NCBI GenBank assembly: GCA_038214755.1
Contig: JBBQRQ010000031.1
Coordinates: forward strand, 1-48,622
Direction: 5' to 3'
Source: Verrucomicrobiota bacterium
GTDB taxonomy: Bacteria; Verrucomicrobiota; Verrucomicrobiia; Limisphaerales; CANJXF01
Length of the DNA: 48,622 nt
Shown here: one piece after another, positions 1 through 8,887 of the stretch
How the letters are laid out: every line of letters begins with the position of its first letter
Numbering within the stretch: position 1 is the stretch's first letter
Notes under the pieces: model-generated
What the model saw: the letters and a program-made list of their open reading frames with translations, nothing else
What the model was told of the DNA's origin: nothing
Databases searched by the model: none
Program-made: the position numbers and the translations under genes

Positions 1-100
1 CCACAACCCCCCCCTTTAATTTTATCTTTTTTTGTGGGGGGTGTTGTTTTGTGCGGGTTTTTTTTTTTTAACCCCCGCCCCCCCACCCCCCCCCCGCTCC
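1..100. other. Low-complexity homopolymer-rich stretch, probably a low-quality contig end
   Basis: Runs of C, T and G with no ORF; composition unlike the rest of the window. Confidence 0.6.
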
Positions 101-112
101 GTTAGTTTATGG

Positions 113-281
113 AAGTGTGAGTTAAACTGACGGTCAGAACAAGAGCGCCAGAGGACTGGCGCACTCCAGGACGCTTCGCGCTATTCATGCGCCATCGAAA
201 TTCGCGCGAGCGTCTTGGAGTGCGGCGGCCCTCCGCCGCTTTTAAAAAGACCGGTAGCGACCGCCACTTGGAATCGTACCC
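113..281. mobile_element. MITE/REP-like element, family A, copy 1
   Basis: Nearly colinear with 19339-19504; internal palindrome gcactccaggacgct...agcgtcttggagtgc; degenerate terminal inverted repeats gtgtga.../...aatcgtaccc. Confidence 0.75.
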
Positions 282-334
282 TAAGTTTATTCCGCGTTTG
301 TTCCACGCCCGCTTTCGTGCAACTTATCCGGGCA

Positions 335-3300
335 ATGACGTTTCGGACGCTGATATTTCGCGGGCTGCGCTTTCACGCGCGTTCACACGTCGGCACGCTC
401 CTCGGTGCCGCCGTCGGCAGCGCAATTTTGATCGGCGCATTGGCGGTCGGCGATTCGGTCCGCGAAAGTTTGCGCGAGATCGCGTTGGCCCGTTTGGGAA
501 AATCTCAATTTGCTCTCGCGTCCAACGACCGATTTTTCCGCGCCGACCTTGCGCGCGATCTTGCTTCAACCACATCGCATGTTTCCGCTGCGCTGCAAAT
601 TTCTGGAACTGCCAGCAGCGACAACGGCGAGGCGCGAGCGAACAACATTCAGGTTCTGGGCGTGGACGGAAATTTTTGGAAACTCGCTTCCAAAATTCCG
701 GACCAAACTTTTCGCGGAGAGAACGCGATTGCGCTCAACGCATCGCTGGCGGAACAACTCAATGCAAAAGTCGGCGACACCATTTTGCTGCGCGTCCAAA
801 AGCCTTCGCTCCTTTCCCGCGATGCGCCGATTTCTCCGCAGCAGGATTCCTCCACCGCGTTTCGGATGACGGTGGGAAAAGTTTTGTCCGCCGATGAATT
901 GGGTGATTTTAGTTTGCGCGCGAATCAGATTCCGCCGTTCAACGCATTTGTGCCGCTTGAATTTTTGCAGAACAAACTCGGCCTCGAAGGAAAAGCGAAT
1001 TTGCTTTTGGTCGGGAGCGCCCACGGAACGCCGATCTCCCGATCGGCTCGTGAGACTTTCAGGCGTTCAGATGCCGATCTGGAGATCGGCGTTCCAAAAC
1101 TTCTTCGTGAAAAGTTTCAGCTTACCGACGCCGAATTGGAACTGCGCCCCGTAACGAATCAAAATATTTTAGAGGTGCGAACGGCGCGGGTTTTTCTTGA
1201 TCCGCCCGTCGTGCAAGCCGCCGTAGCCGCGTCTCGTGAGAGCGCGGATGACATTTCATTGGCAGGCAAACCGCACCCGCGCTCTGACGAGACACGGCTA
1301 CCCGGTCTCGTCTCGACTTATTTCGTAAACGAAATTCGGGTTGGAACAAACGCCACGCCCTATTCGATGGTCACCGCGATTGGCACGCCGCACGTTCCGC
1401 CGGAAACGCGCGTCGACGAAATTCTCATCAATGATTGGCTCGCGGAAGATCTGCAAGCGAAACCCGGCGACGAATTGCATCTCCGCTATTTCGTGATGGG
1501 CACGAACCAACGCCTCGAAGAAAAAACAAACTCATTTCGGATTCGCGACGTGGTTCCTCTCGCTGGAATTTACGATGACCGCGATTTGATGCCGGAATTT
1601 CCGGGCGTGGCCAAAGCCGAAAAGACCGACGAATGGGACGCTGGTTTCGCCATCGACATGAAAAAAATCCGCGCGAAGGACGAGCAATATTGGAAGGAAC
1701 ATCGCGGCACGCCGAAAGCGTTTGTCACGCTGGCCGCAGGAGAAAAGATGTGGAGCAATCGTTTTGGAACATTTACGGCGATTCGATTTCCAAACTCTGA
1801 TGCGACAACAGTTCAGGAAAGGTTGCGGCGCCATCTCGATCCTGCGTCGCTCGGTTTAGTTTTCCAACCCGTGCGCGAACAAGCGTTGCACGCCAGTTCG
1901 CAATCGCAGGATTTTGGACAACTTTTTCTGGGCTTCAGTTTCTTTCTGATTTTCGCCGCGCTGATTTTGGTCGCGCTCCTTTTTCAATTCAGCCTGGAAC
2001 AACGCGCCACCGAAATCGGAACACTTCTCGCGCTTGGATTTCGCGCAAAACAAATTCGCCATCTGTTGCTGGCGGAAGGAGCGTCGCTCGCGTTGATCGG
2101 AAGCGTCCTGGGAATGGCAGGTGGAATTTTTTACGCCAAGGCAATGTTGCTCGGACTCAAAACACTTTGGCGCGAGGCGGTGGGAACTTCCGCGCTGCAA
2201 TTTCACGTCACGCCGATGACGCTCATGATTGGGTGCGTCGCGAGTTTGCTCGTGAGCGTTCTGACAATTTGGTTGTCGCTTCGCAGTCAAGCCAAACGCG
2301 CCGCGCAGGACCTGCTTTCTCAAGGCGCGGAGTTGGAAATCGACAATACCCAATCGACGATAGTCAATTCACGAAACTGGTCGAAATGGATTTCCATTTT
2401 CAGTTTGCTGGGTGCGCTGGGTTTGATTAGCGGGGGAATTTTGCAAAAGGAAAATGCCTCGCCGGGAATTTTCTTTGGCGCAGGCGCGCTGCTGCTAATT
2501 TCCGGTTTGGCCTTTGCTGCAAATATTTTGAAAGGAATCGCGAAGGAAAAACGCGCTACCAAAACCCTGTCGGCAGATCTGACCTTGACCCGCCTGGGCG
2601 TTCGCAGTTGCGCGCGACGACGCAAACGTAGTCTCGCGACCATCGGTTTGCTCTCGTGCGGAAGTTTTCTCGTCGTCGCCGTCGCCGCTAACAAACTCGA
2701 TTCAAATCAAAACAGCCGCCAGCGTTCCTCGGGCACCGGCGGATTCGCGCTGATTGGCGAAACGACTTTGCCCGTGGTTCAGGATTTAAACACGAAAGCT
2801 GGCCAAAACTTTTTCGGTTTGGACGAAAAGGATTTGGCCGGTGTGCAAGTCGTTCCATTTCGTGTCCGCGAAGGCGACGATGCGAGTTGCTTAAATTTGA
2901 ATCGCGCACAAACGCCACGCTTGCTCGGTGTCAAACCGGAAATGCTTTCGTCGAGAAAGGCGTTTACGTTTTCAAAAACTTTGCAGGAGACAAAAAATCC
3001 GTGGTTGCTTTTAAAATCAGCGGCGGTCACAGACGCGCCGCTACAACAAACCGATGACGCCATTCCGGCGATTGGCGACGCGAATTCGATTCAATGGGCG
3101 CTTCACAAAAAAGTTGGCGACGTGATTTCTTTCACCGATGAACGCGGAAATAAATTCAACGTTCGCATTGTTGCGTCGGTGGCGAATTCTATTTTGCAAG
3201 GAAGTCTGATCATTGATGAAGCGGAGTTTGTGAAACGGTTTCCGTCGACCAGCGGCTATCGAATGTTTTTGATCGATGCGCCGTCAGAGAATGGTGCTGC

Positions 3301-3850
3301 CGAGATTCTCTCGGCAGAAACATCGCGAAGACATTCGATGACGAATCAACACAAGAACGCTGCTTCTTCCGAGAAAATCTCGGCAGCACTTTCGCGCGCG
3401 CTGCGGGATGTCGGTGTGGAATTAACTCTGACGGAAAAGCGATTGGCCGCTTTTAACGCCGTCCAAAATACTTATTTGAACACGTTTCAAATTCTCGGCG
3501 GACTCGGCTTGTTGCTCGGCAGCGCGGGCATGGGGATTGTGGTGTTGCGAAACGTGCTGGAACGTCGTGGCGAATTGGCCGTGCTGCTCGCGATTGGTTT
3601 TCGCCGACCCAATTTGCGTTGGCTGGTGTTGAGCGAACACGCGGCGTTGTTGTGGTTGGGACTCGGGCTGGGCGTTGCGGCGGCACTCGTCGCAGTTTTA
3701 CCCGCGCTGCTTTCGCCACGAGGAGAATTGCCCTATCTTTCGCTGACAGTGACACTTGGCGCAGTGCTCATCAGCGGAATGATTTGGGCGTGGGCGGCGA
3801 CCTCGCTGGCGTTGCGCGGGGAATTGATGGAGGCGTTGAGGAATAATTGA
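335..3850 (+). CDS. ABC transporter permease, FtsX/MacB-like with two permease domains; carries several in-frame palindromic insertions
   Basis: N-terminal TM segment, two motifs of the type EQRATEIGTLLALGF / ERRGELAVLLAIGF, large periplasmic domains. ATG 335 preferred because the upstream extension is translated repeat. Confidence 0.85.
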   Translation: MTFRTLIFRGLRFHARSHVGTLLGAAVGSAILIGALAVGDSVRESLREIALARLGKSQFALASNDRFFRADLARDLASTTSHVSAALQISGTASSDNGEARANNIQVLGVDGNFWKLASKIPDQTFRGENAIALNASLAEQLNAKVGDTILLRVQKPSLLSRDAPISPQQDSSTAFRMTVGKVLSADELGDFSLRANQIPPFNAFVPLEFLQNKLGLEGKANLLLVGSAHGTPISRSARETFRRSDADLEIGVPKLLREKFQLTDAELELRPVTNQNILEVRTARVFLDPPVVQAAVAASRESADDISLAGKPHPRSDETRLPGLVSTYFVNEIRVGTNATPYSMVTAIGTPHVPPETRVDEILINDWLAEDLQAKPGDELHLRYFVMGTNQRLEEKTNSFRIRDVVPLAGIYDDRDLMPEFPGVAKAEKTDEWDAGFAIDMKKIRAKDEQYWKEHRGTPKAFVTLAAGEKMWSNRFGTFTAIRFPNSDATTVQERLRRHLDPASLGLVFQPVREQALHASSQSQDFGQLFLGFSFFLIFAALILVALLFQFSLEQRATEIGTLLALGFRAKQIRHLLLAEGASLALIGSVLGMAGGIFYAKAMLLGLKTLWREAVGTSALQFHVTPMTLMIGCVASLLVSVLTIWLSLRSQAKRAAQDLLSQGAELEIDNTQSTIVNSRNWSKWISIFSLLGALGLISGGILQKENASPGIFFGAGALLLISGLAFAANILKGIAKEKRATKTLSADLTLTRLGVRSCARRRKRSLATIGLLSCGSFLVVAVAANKLDSNQNSRQRSSGTGGFALIGETTLPVVQDLNTKAGQNFFGLDEKDLAGVQVVPFRVREGDDASCLNLNRAQTPRLLGVKPEMLSSRKAFTFSKTLQETKNPWLLLKSAAVTDAPLQQTDDAIPAIGDANSIQWALHKKVGDVISFTDERGNKFNVRIVASVANSILQGSLIIDEAEFVKRFPSTSGYRMFLIDAPSENGAAEILSAETSRRHSMTNQHKNAASSEKISAALSRALRDVGVELTLTEKRLAAFNAVQNTYLNTFQILGGLGLLLGSAGMGIVVLRNVLERRGELAVLLAIGFRRPNLRWLVLSEHAALLWLGLGLGVAAALVAVLPALLSPRGELPYLSLTVTLGAVLISGMIWAWAATSLALRGELMEALRNN
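1025..1095. repeat. Intragenic palindromic element, in frame in the ABC permease
   Basis: ggaacgccgatctcc...ggagatcggcgttcc is a perfect 15-bp inverted repeat with inner arms gatcggc/gccgatc. Confidence 0.8.
1223..1301. repeat. Intragenic GTAG-type REP pair, in frame in the ABC permease
   Basis: gtagccgcgtctcgtgagagcgcgg...ccgcgctctgacgagacacggctac. Confidence 0.85.
3017..3045. repeat. Intragenic half REP, identical to the reverse complement of 16090-16118
   Basis: tcagcggcggtcacagacgcgccgctaca, 29/29 match. Confidence 0.85.
3294..3389. repeat. Intragenic palindromic element (96 nt), in frame in the ABC permease
   Basis: gtgctgccgagatt...aatctcggcagcac is a 14-bp inverted repeat. Confidence 0.8.
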
Positions 3851-3911
3851 AACGTGAGACAAGAAACGTGATTCGTGAAACGTGAAAACATGAAAAACAT
3901 CAAACGTGAAA
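3850..3911. repeat. Degenerate short tandem repeats (aaacgtga-like)
   Basis: aaacgtgaga...aaacgtgatt cgtgaaacgtgaaaacatgaaa...aaacgtgaaa. Confidence 0.6.
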
Positions 3912-4570
3912 TAATTTTTTCCGTGGCTTTCTTGGCGGCGGGGTGTTTGCTCCGCGCGGAGGAAACGAAGACCAATTCGGCGGCGGGGAAAATTCTTTAT
4001 GAAAATAATTTTGAAATAGCAGAGTTGGACAAAGTGCCCGCGGACTTTCTGGTTCTCGACGGCGGGTTCGCAGTGAAGTCGGACGGCACGAACAAATTTT
4101 TGGAACTGCCTGGCGCGCCGCTGGACACGTTCGGCGTATTGTTCGGGCCAACGCAGGAGGGCGACGCAACGATGACGGCCAAAATTCGCGGCGAAGCCAA
4201 GGGACGGCGTTTCCCCACTTTCGCCGTGGGATTGAATGGCGTGAGCGGCTATAAGCTACAGGTTTCTCCAGCGAAAAAGGCGGTGGAACTTTTTCGCGGC
4301 GATGAATTGATTGCCAGCAAGCCGTTCGAGGAAAAACTTGGCGCGTGGATGATGATGCGATTGCAGGTTCAGAAATATTCTGCGGCCCAATGGAAAATTG
4401 AAGGGAAAGTTTGGGCGGAAAATTCCGCCGAACCGAAGCAGCCGCAGATTTCGTTTGAGGAAAAAACACCACCAGTCGCGGGACGCGCTTCGATTTGGGG
4501 AAGTCCCTACGCCGGGACGCCGATTCAGTTTGATGATTTGAAGGTTGCTTCGGCGGAAGCGCGAAAATAG
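3890..4570 (+). CDS. Secreted beta-sandwich protein (DUF1080/LamG-like), function unknown
   Basis: Signal peptide, YENNFE start, ends with FDDLKV as in DUF1080-type folds. Confidence 0.6.
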   Translation: MKNIKREIIFSVAFLAAGCLLRAEETKTNSAAGKILYENNFEIAELDKVPADFLVLDGGFAVKSDGTNKFLELPGAPLDTFGVLFGPTQEGDATMTAKIRGEAKGRRFPTFAVGLNGVSGYKLQVSPAKKAVELFRGDELIASKPFEEKLGAWMMMRLQVQKYSAAQWKIEGKVWAENSAEPKQPQISFEEKTPPVAGRASIWGSPYAGTPIQFDDLKVASAEARK

Positions 4571-4654
4571 GAGCGCGGACGTTCTCGTCCGCGAGTTGGC
4601 TTCTCAGCTATTTCTTGTGATCTGGAACTCGCGGACGAGAACGTCCGCGCTCCT
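4569..4654. repeat. REP pair, family B, copy 1
   Basis: aggagcgcggacgttctcgtccgcg...cgcggacgagaacgtccgcgctcct; same arms at 20066-20166; lies between convergent genes. Confidence 0.9.
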
Positions 4655-4656
4655 TT

Positions 4657-7263
4657 TCAATCCAATTGCACCACTCGATAAAAACGTTGCGCGTTTCCAA
4701 TCGTGCTGTCGGAAACGGAGATCGTGGAGGAACTCGCAACGATGTTGTTCCCCAGTGGCGTCCAACTCGCATTTTCCAAATTATTTTTGAATTCGATGCG
4801 ATAGGTTTTTCCGGCGAACGCGGAAATGTTCAACGTCAGCGTTCCATTGGGAGCGTTGGTGATTTGCGAGAAACGCGGAGGCGCGACGACAATGACTTGA
4901 AAACTTTTGGTGCCAATCAAACTGCCATCGCTAACTTGCAGGTAAATCAGCCACGATTGCGCGCGGGTGGGCGTCCACGAAAAAATTCCAGTGGTGGAAT
5001 TGATTGTCGCGTCCGGCGGAGAACAGGTGCCAAACCCGCAGGTCAAACTATAAATCAAACTTTGCGCGGGTTGATCGGCATCGACCGCTCTCGCGGTGAG
5101 CGACAAGGTGCTGTTCGCATTGACGACTTGATTTGAAATTGGAAAGAAAACCGGCGCGGCGTTCGGCATCGCATTCGTGGCAATCAAATCCAATCCACAT
5201 AATTGCGCCAGCCCAATGACCGAACTGAATTGAACATTGACTTGTCCACTTGCATCCGCTGCGACATGAAAACGTTTTGCAATCGCTTTGAACCTCGCTC
5301 CCGTTTCGGCCCAGATGTCGAAGTTCGTCAGCACCGAAGAGCCGTTGATAGAAACATTGAATACCCGCTGTCCCGGCGCTGTGTTGGTAAAACTCAATTC
5401 CATGAAGTGCAGGCGCAATGCGTAAACTTTGTTAGGCGTCAGATTCGTCAGGAGATAGCTGAAATTCCCATTCCGCTCGGTGAGATAGACGGAAACCGGC
5501 GCAGCTGCACTGCCTACGAGGTTCGTGTCAATCGACGCTGTCGTGGTAAACGTCGCCCCACCAGAAAAATTCGTATCGCTCAAAAATGAAGAGGTGGTGG
5601 CCGCGCCTCCGGAGTTGATTCGGATGCCGACCTCCAGATTCGTCGTGGCTAAATTATTATTTTCATCCACTTCAGGAAATCGATTGATGTCATCCACATT
5701 TCCGACGAGGGAATGGACACCCGGCGTCGCCGTCCACGTAAAACCTCCGCCCGGTCCATCGGCGGAAAACAAAGTGGACGCGCCCGCCGCCAGCGAGAGA
5801 TTTTCATCCGCGCCGTGATAACAAAAAAATGCGCCGTTATCCAAAGTGAATCCAATGCCAATGCCTTTTCCCGAACCAGTCGGTGTCGCGGCTGCGCCTT
5901 GATTTTTTACCGTGGCGCGAAAGACCACCCCGTTGCCCGCGTAAATTGGATTCACGCTGGTGGAAAGTGAAGTGATCGTTACATCGGGCAGCGCGGAAAT
6001 CGCGGCGATGACTTGCGTCGAGTTCGAACTTTCGCCAAAAAAATTTACAGCCGAGACCACGTAAAAATAAGTTCCACCGTTCGTCGCGGAATTGTCCGTG
6101 AAAGTTGTCGCGGTCACGCCCGTCGAAATATTCGTCGCGATAATTCCGTAAGGGCCGCCATTCGTCGGCGAACGTTTCACCGTGTAAGTCGTCGGATTCA
6201 AGGGCGCGTTCGTCCACGTCAACGTAACGCTCGCAGTTCCGGTGGTCACCGCGAGTCCGCTCGGCGCGGGCGGAACATTGGTTGGCGCGAGCAAATAATT
6301 TTTCATCCAATCGGCAATCGGTTCCAGGTCGAACGACGACCATCCGCCCGGATCGCCATTTTGAAAAAGCGTGCAGCCGAGCAAATATGAATCCTGCTGC
6401 ATCTGTTGGTCGACCCAATTGAGCCACCGTTTGTAATCGGACTGCGAGCCGCGCGCTTGCCAGCCGGAGTTATTTGGATCGCCGGAAAAATCGACGCCGC
6501 CTTCGGTCAGAATCAACGGCATGTCCGCGAGGTCGGGATACGACGCGGTGAAGAAACTGTAAAACTGCCGGTAACGCAGCGAGTAAAAAATCTCCGCAGC
6601 GACATCGGTCGTGTAGCTAATCGTGTAGGCATGATAACTCCACGCGCCGCCCGCCGCTTTCGCCTGGCGGAGCGCCGGAGCGAACGCGGCCAGATAACTT
6701 TGCATTTGCGAAATGGAGCCGCCGGGATTTCCCACGCCGATGCTGCCGATGCAGGGCTTGTAGCCCGCCGCCACAATTTTCGGCGTAAGATTCGTCCAGA
6801 ACTGATTGAACCATTGCGACGCGTAGAGCGCGTTATCGAAGGGATAACCGAGCGTCGGCGTGTCGCCTTCGTTCGGCCCTTCGAGAAAATCAATCAGCGC
6901 GCGGTCGGAACTGGAAATCGTGTTGAGCGCGTTGGACATGATGCTCCAATACTGGCTCGCGCTCGTCGTGGCGTTGTTGTTCGTTGTGAAATAAGTCGGC
7001 GTGTAAATGCGCACCACAATTTTTCCGGCAGGCGCGACCGCTTTGTAATTGCGCATCGCCTGCAACATCCCCGTGGGAAATCCGGAATCCAAGCCCAGCA
7101 CCTTCAACGTGCGCGGATGTCCAGCGACGATGTTGGAGGAACCGGCGGTGTAGGCGTTGATGAGATGCACGGAAAGTTTACTGCTGCTCAAGGTTTGGCC
7201 GTGGGCAAAAAAGGGAACCATCAACAACGAAAGCGTTAGAAACAATTTTTGAAACGGGAACAT
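4657..7263 (-). CDS. Secreted modular protein: putative clan GH-A catalytic domain, FN3, CARDB, malectin, Ig/cadherin-like repeat and RFYR-type C-terminal domain
   Basis: Signal peptide; GPNE and ILTEGG motifs; FN3 (PPAPSGL...YFYVVSAVN); CARDB (LPDVTI...ENNN); malectin (INSGG...RVFNVSING...FDI). Confidence 0.75.
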   Translation of the reverse strand: MFPFQKLFLTLSLLMVPFFAHGQTLSSSKLSVHLINAYTAGSSNIVAGHPRTLKVLGLDSGFPTGMLQAMRNYKAVAPAGKIVVRIYTPTYFTTNNNATTSASQYWSIMSNALNTISSSDRALIDFLEGPNEGDTPTLGYPFDNALYASQWFNQFWTNLTPKIVAAGYKPCIGSIGVGNPGGSISQMQSYLAAFAPALRQAKAAGGAWSYHAYTISYTTDVAAEIFYSLRYRQFYSFFTASYPDLADMPLILTEGGVDFSGDPNNSGWQARGSQSDYKRWLNWVDQQMQQDSYLLGCTLFQNGDPGGWSSFDLEPIADWMKNYLLAPTNVPPAPSGLAVTTGTASVTLTWTNAPLNPTTYTVKRSPTNGGPYGIIATNISTGVTATTFTDNSATNGGTYFYVVSAVNFFGESSNSTQVIAAISALPDVTITSLSTSVNPIYAGNGVVFRATVKNQGAAATPTGSGKGIGIGFTLDNGAFFCYHGADENLSLAAGASTLFSADGPGGGFTWTATPGVHSLVGNVDDINRFPEVDENNNLATTNLEVGIRINSGGAATTSSFLSDTNFSGGATFTTTASIDTNLVGSAAAPVSVYLTERNGNFSYLLTNLTPNKVYALRLHFMELSFTNTAPGQRVFNVSINGSSVLTNFDIWAETGARFKAIAKRFHVAADASGQVNVQFSSVIGLAQLCGLDLIATNAMPNAAPVFFPISNQVVNANSTLSLTARAVDADQPAQSLIYSLTCGFGTCSPPDATINSTTGIFSWTPTRAQSWLIYLQVSDGSLIGTKSFQVIVVAPPRFSQITNAPNGTLTLNISAFAGKTYRIEFKNNLENASWTPLGNNIVASSSTISVSDSTIGNAQRFYRVVQLD

Positions 7264-7335
7264 GGTTCGAACCTAAAATCCCGCAGCGGTGCCAGATTGT
7301 CCATGAAGAAAGCCGCGCCTGCGCCTTTATAATTT

Positions 7336-7670
7336 TCAACCTTTTTGAATCATTCGCACAACTGCATCGCGGACAGCAGAAAATTTTTCAACCTTCAACT
7401 CGGCGGGTTGTCCAGCAACGAGGCCCGTGTGCGCTGTGAAAAGCTTGCCCGGACGCGCGTGACTCTCCAGACGCAGCGAACCCGCAAAAAATCAGCAGCA
7501 TCCAATGGAATGGCGCGTGGGTCGCCGTAGGATTGGCTCGTGATTTGGCAGAGAATCCAATCGCTCCGTCCAGCCTCGGCCAGCACTATCGCCGGGCACA
7601 GCTTGGATGCGGGGAGATCGGAAAATGGAAAGTGGACTATCACGACTTGTCCGGCTGCAAATGGGCCCAT
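7336..7670 (-). pseudogene. mazF: MazF/PemK-family toxin split by a -1 frameshift at 7485-7491
   Basis: Frame 0 reads MGPFAAGQVVIVHFPFSD...WILCQITS; the -1 frame continues GSLRLESHARPGKLFTAH...VRMIQKG*. KLCP is found where KxRP is usual. Confidence 0.75.
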
Positions 7671-7855
7671 GCGGCGTCCTCCTCGGCGCGATTCCAATCC
7701 TCAGCGAGCGCCGCCTCACTCAATAGCGCAGCGTCATGCACCGTCGGAGCTTCTTCGAGGATCGTGACGAGCGCACGTCGCCGGGACGGAATGCTGACCG
7801 GTTCGATCAATCGCACTTCCCCACTCGGCTCAATGACGGTTTCGACAGTTTTCAT
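7640..7855 (-). CDS. Putative antitoxin partner of the MazF-like toxin
   Basis: Small acidic ORF ending LSEAALAEDWNRAEEDAAWAHLQ that overlaps the toxin start. Confidence 0.7.
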   Translation of the reverse strand: MKTVETVIEPSGEVRLIEPVSIPSRRRALVTILEEAPTVHDAALLSEAALAEDWNRAEEDAAWAHLQPDKS

Positions 7856-7989
7856 CTTGATCAAACCATAACTTCACCGCAGGCGTCTGCAAAAGAGCAT
7901 TGTGGCGGGCAAAAGATTTTTGATTTGTCAAACGTCTGGCCGTAAACCTTCTTTACCGCAAGCGCAGTCCACGTTACTCTCATTCCGTC

Positions 7990-8208
7990 ATGATTATTCC
8001 ACTGCCAAAAGTTCAACTCCGACGCGATGAAGATGGGGTGTGGATTGCCAAATCCAGTCTGCTACCCGGTTGCCACGCGCATGGACGCGACCGCAGGGAA
8101 GCCACTCTCCGTTTTCAACAAGCGGCCAAAGCTCATCTGGAAATGCTGCTCGAAACCGGCCGCCCCATTCCGACCGCCTTTCGCGACAAGTTTATTCTCG
8201 CGGCTTGA
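7990..8208 (+). CDS. hicB: HicB-family antitoxin
   Basis: EDGVWIA...LPGCHAHG..REEA-like motif, ends with G.PIP. Confidence 0.8.
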   Translation: MIIPLPKVQLRRDEDGVWIAKSSLLPGCHAHGRDRREATLRFQQAAKAHLEMLLETGRPIPTAFRDKFILAA

Positions 8209-8211
8209 GTT

Positions 8212-8443
8212 GTGGGTAAATATCCGTCCTTTAATTGCCGCCAGTTGGAACGCCGGCTGCGGGAAATCGGCTGCGAACATCTGCGCAACACCGGCAGTCA
8301 TCGGCATTACTCCAATCCGTTTCGCTCCGACCCGTCTTGTCACTTTCTCGTGGCATCCAAGTGACGTTCCGCGCGGCATCATCGCGGACATCGTTGAAGA
8401 CCTCGGCATCACTCGCGACGAATTTTACTTCGGAAAATTTTGA
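8212..8443 (+). pseudogene. hicA: HicA-family toxin with a +1 frameshift at 8331-8333
   Basis: MGKYPSFNCRQLERRLREIGC...TGSHRHYSNPFRSD continues in the next frame as RLVTFSWHPSDVPRGIIADIVEDLGITRDEF; removing one C gives 76 aa. Confidence 0.8.
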
Positions 8444-8570
8444 CAGCGCCATTTCGCTGTCCGCCCCGACATCCCCCTCACGATGACGAAAAGTGTCACT
8501 CCGATTTCGCCCCAAATTTTTATTCGGAATCTCCTTTGGCCGGTTGGAAAGTCATGCTACGGTGACGCCC

Positions 8571-8825
8571 TTGAAAACAATTAAACGAAACAAGCGTGTG
8601 CCTCTTCCACCATTAGCAACCGGCCAGGTCTGGGAGTTGGAAGGCTCCAATGTTCACATCGGCCTCATTGGAAAAACACTGGTGCACTACAAACATTTTA
8701 AGGGCGACACCAAGCGCGCGCCCATCTCGCTTTCCGGCAAGACCGTGTTGGAAAAATATCTCAAGGAAAAGAAAGCGGTCTTGCTTCCCGGCCTTCCTTG
8801 CGCCGCGCCGCGAGCCGCCGCCTGA
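8571..8825 (+). CDS. Small basic hypothetical protein (start uncertain)
   Basis: Protein-like sequence LATGQVWEL...GKTLVHYKHF, directly upstream of prfC. Confidence 0.5.
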   Translation: MKTIKRNKRVPLPPLATGQVWELEGSNVHIGLIGKTLVHYKHFKGDTKRAPISLSGKTVLEKYLKEKKAVLLPGLPCAAPRAAA

Positions 8826-8887
8826 CCGATCTGCGCGCCGACGAACCCTTCGTCGGCGCTATTTCTCCTCTTATTTTCCGCGCCCTT

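Noticed and set aside
1..100. Homopolymer tracts as a functional element
   Set aside because: They lie at the contig edge and look like low-quality sequence.
215..334. N-terminal extension of the ABC permease ORF
   Set aside because: Largely translation of the family A repeat; ATG 335 gives a normal start.
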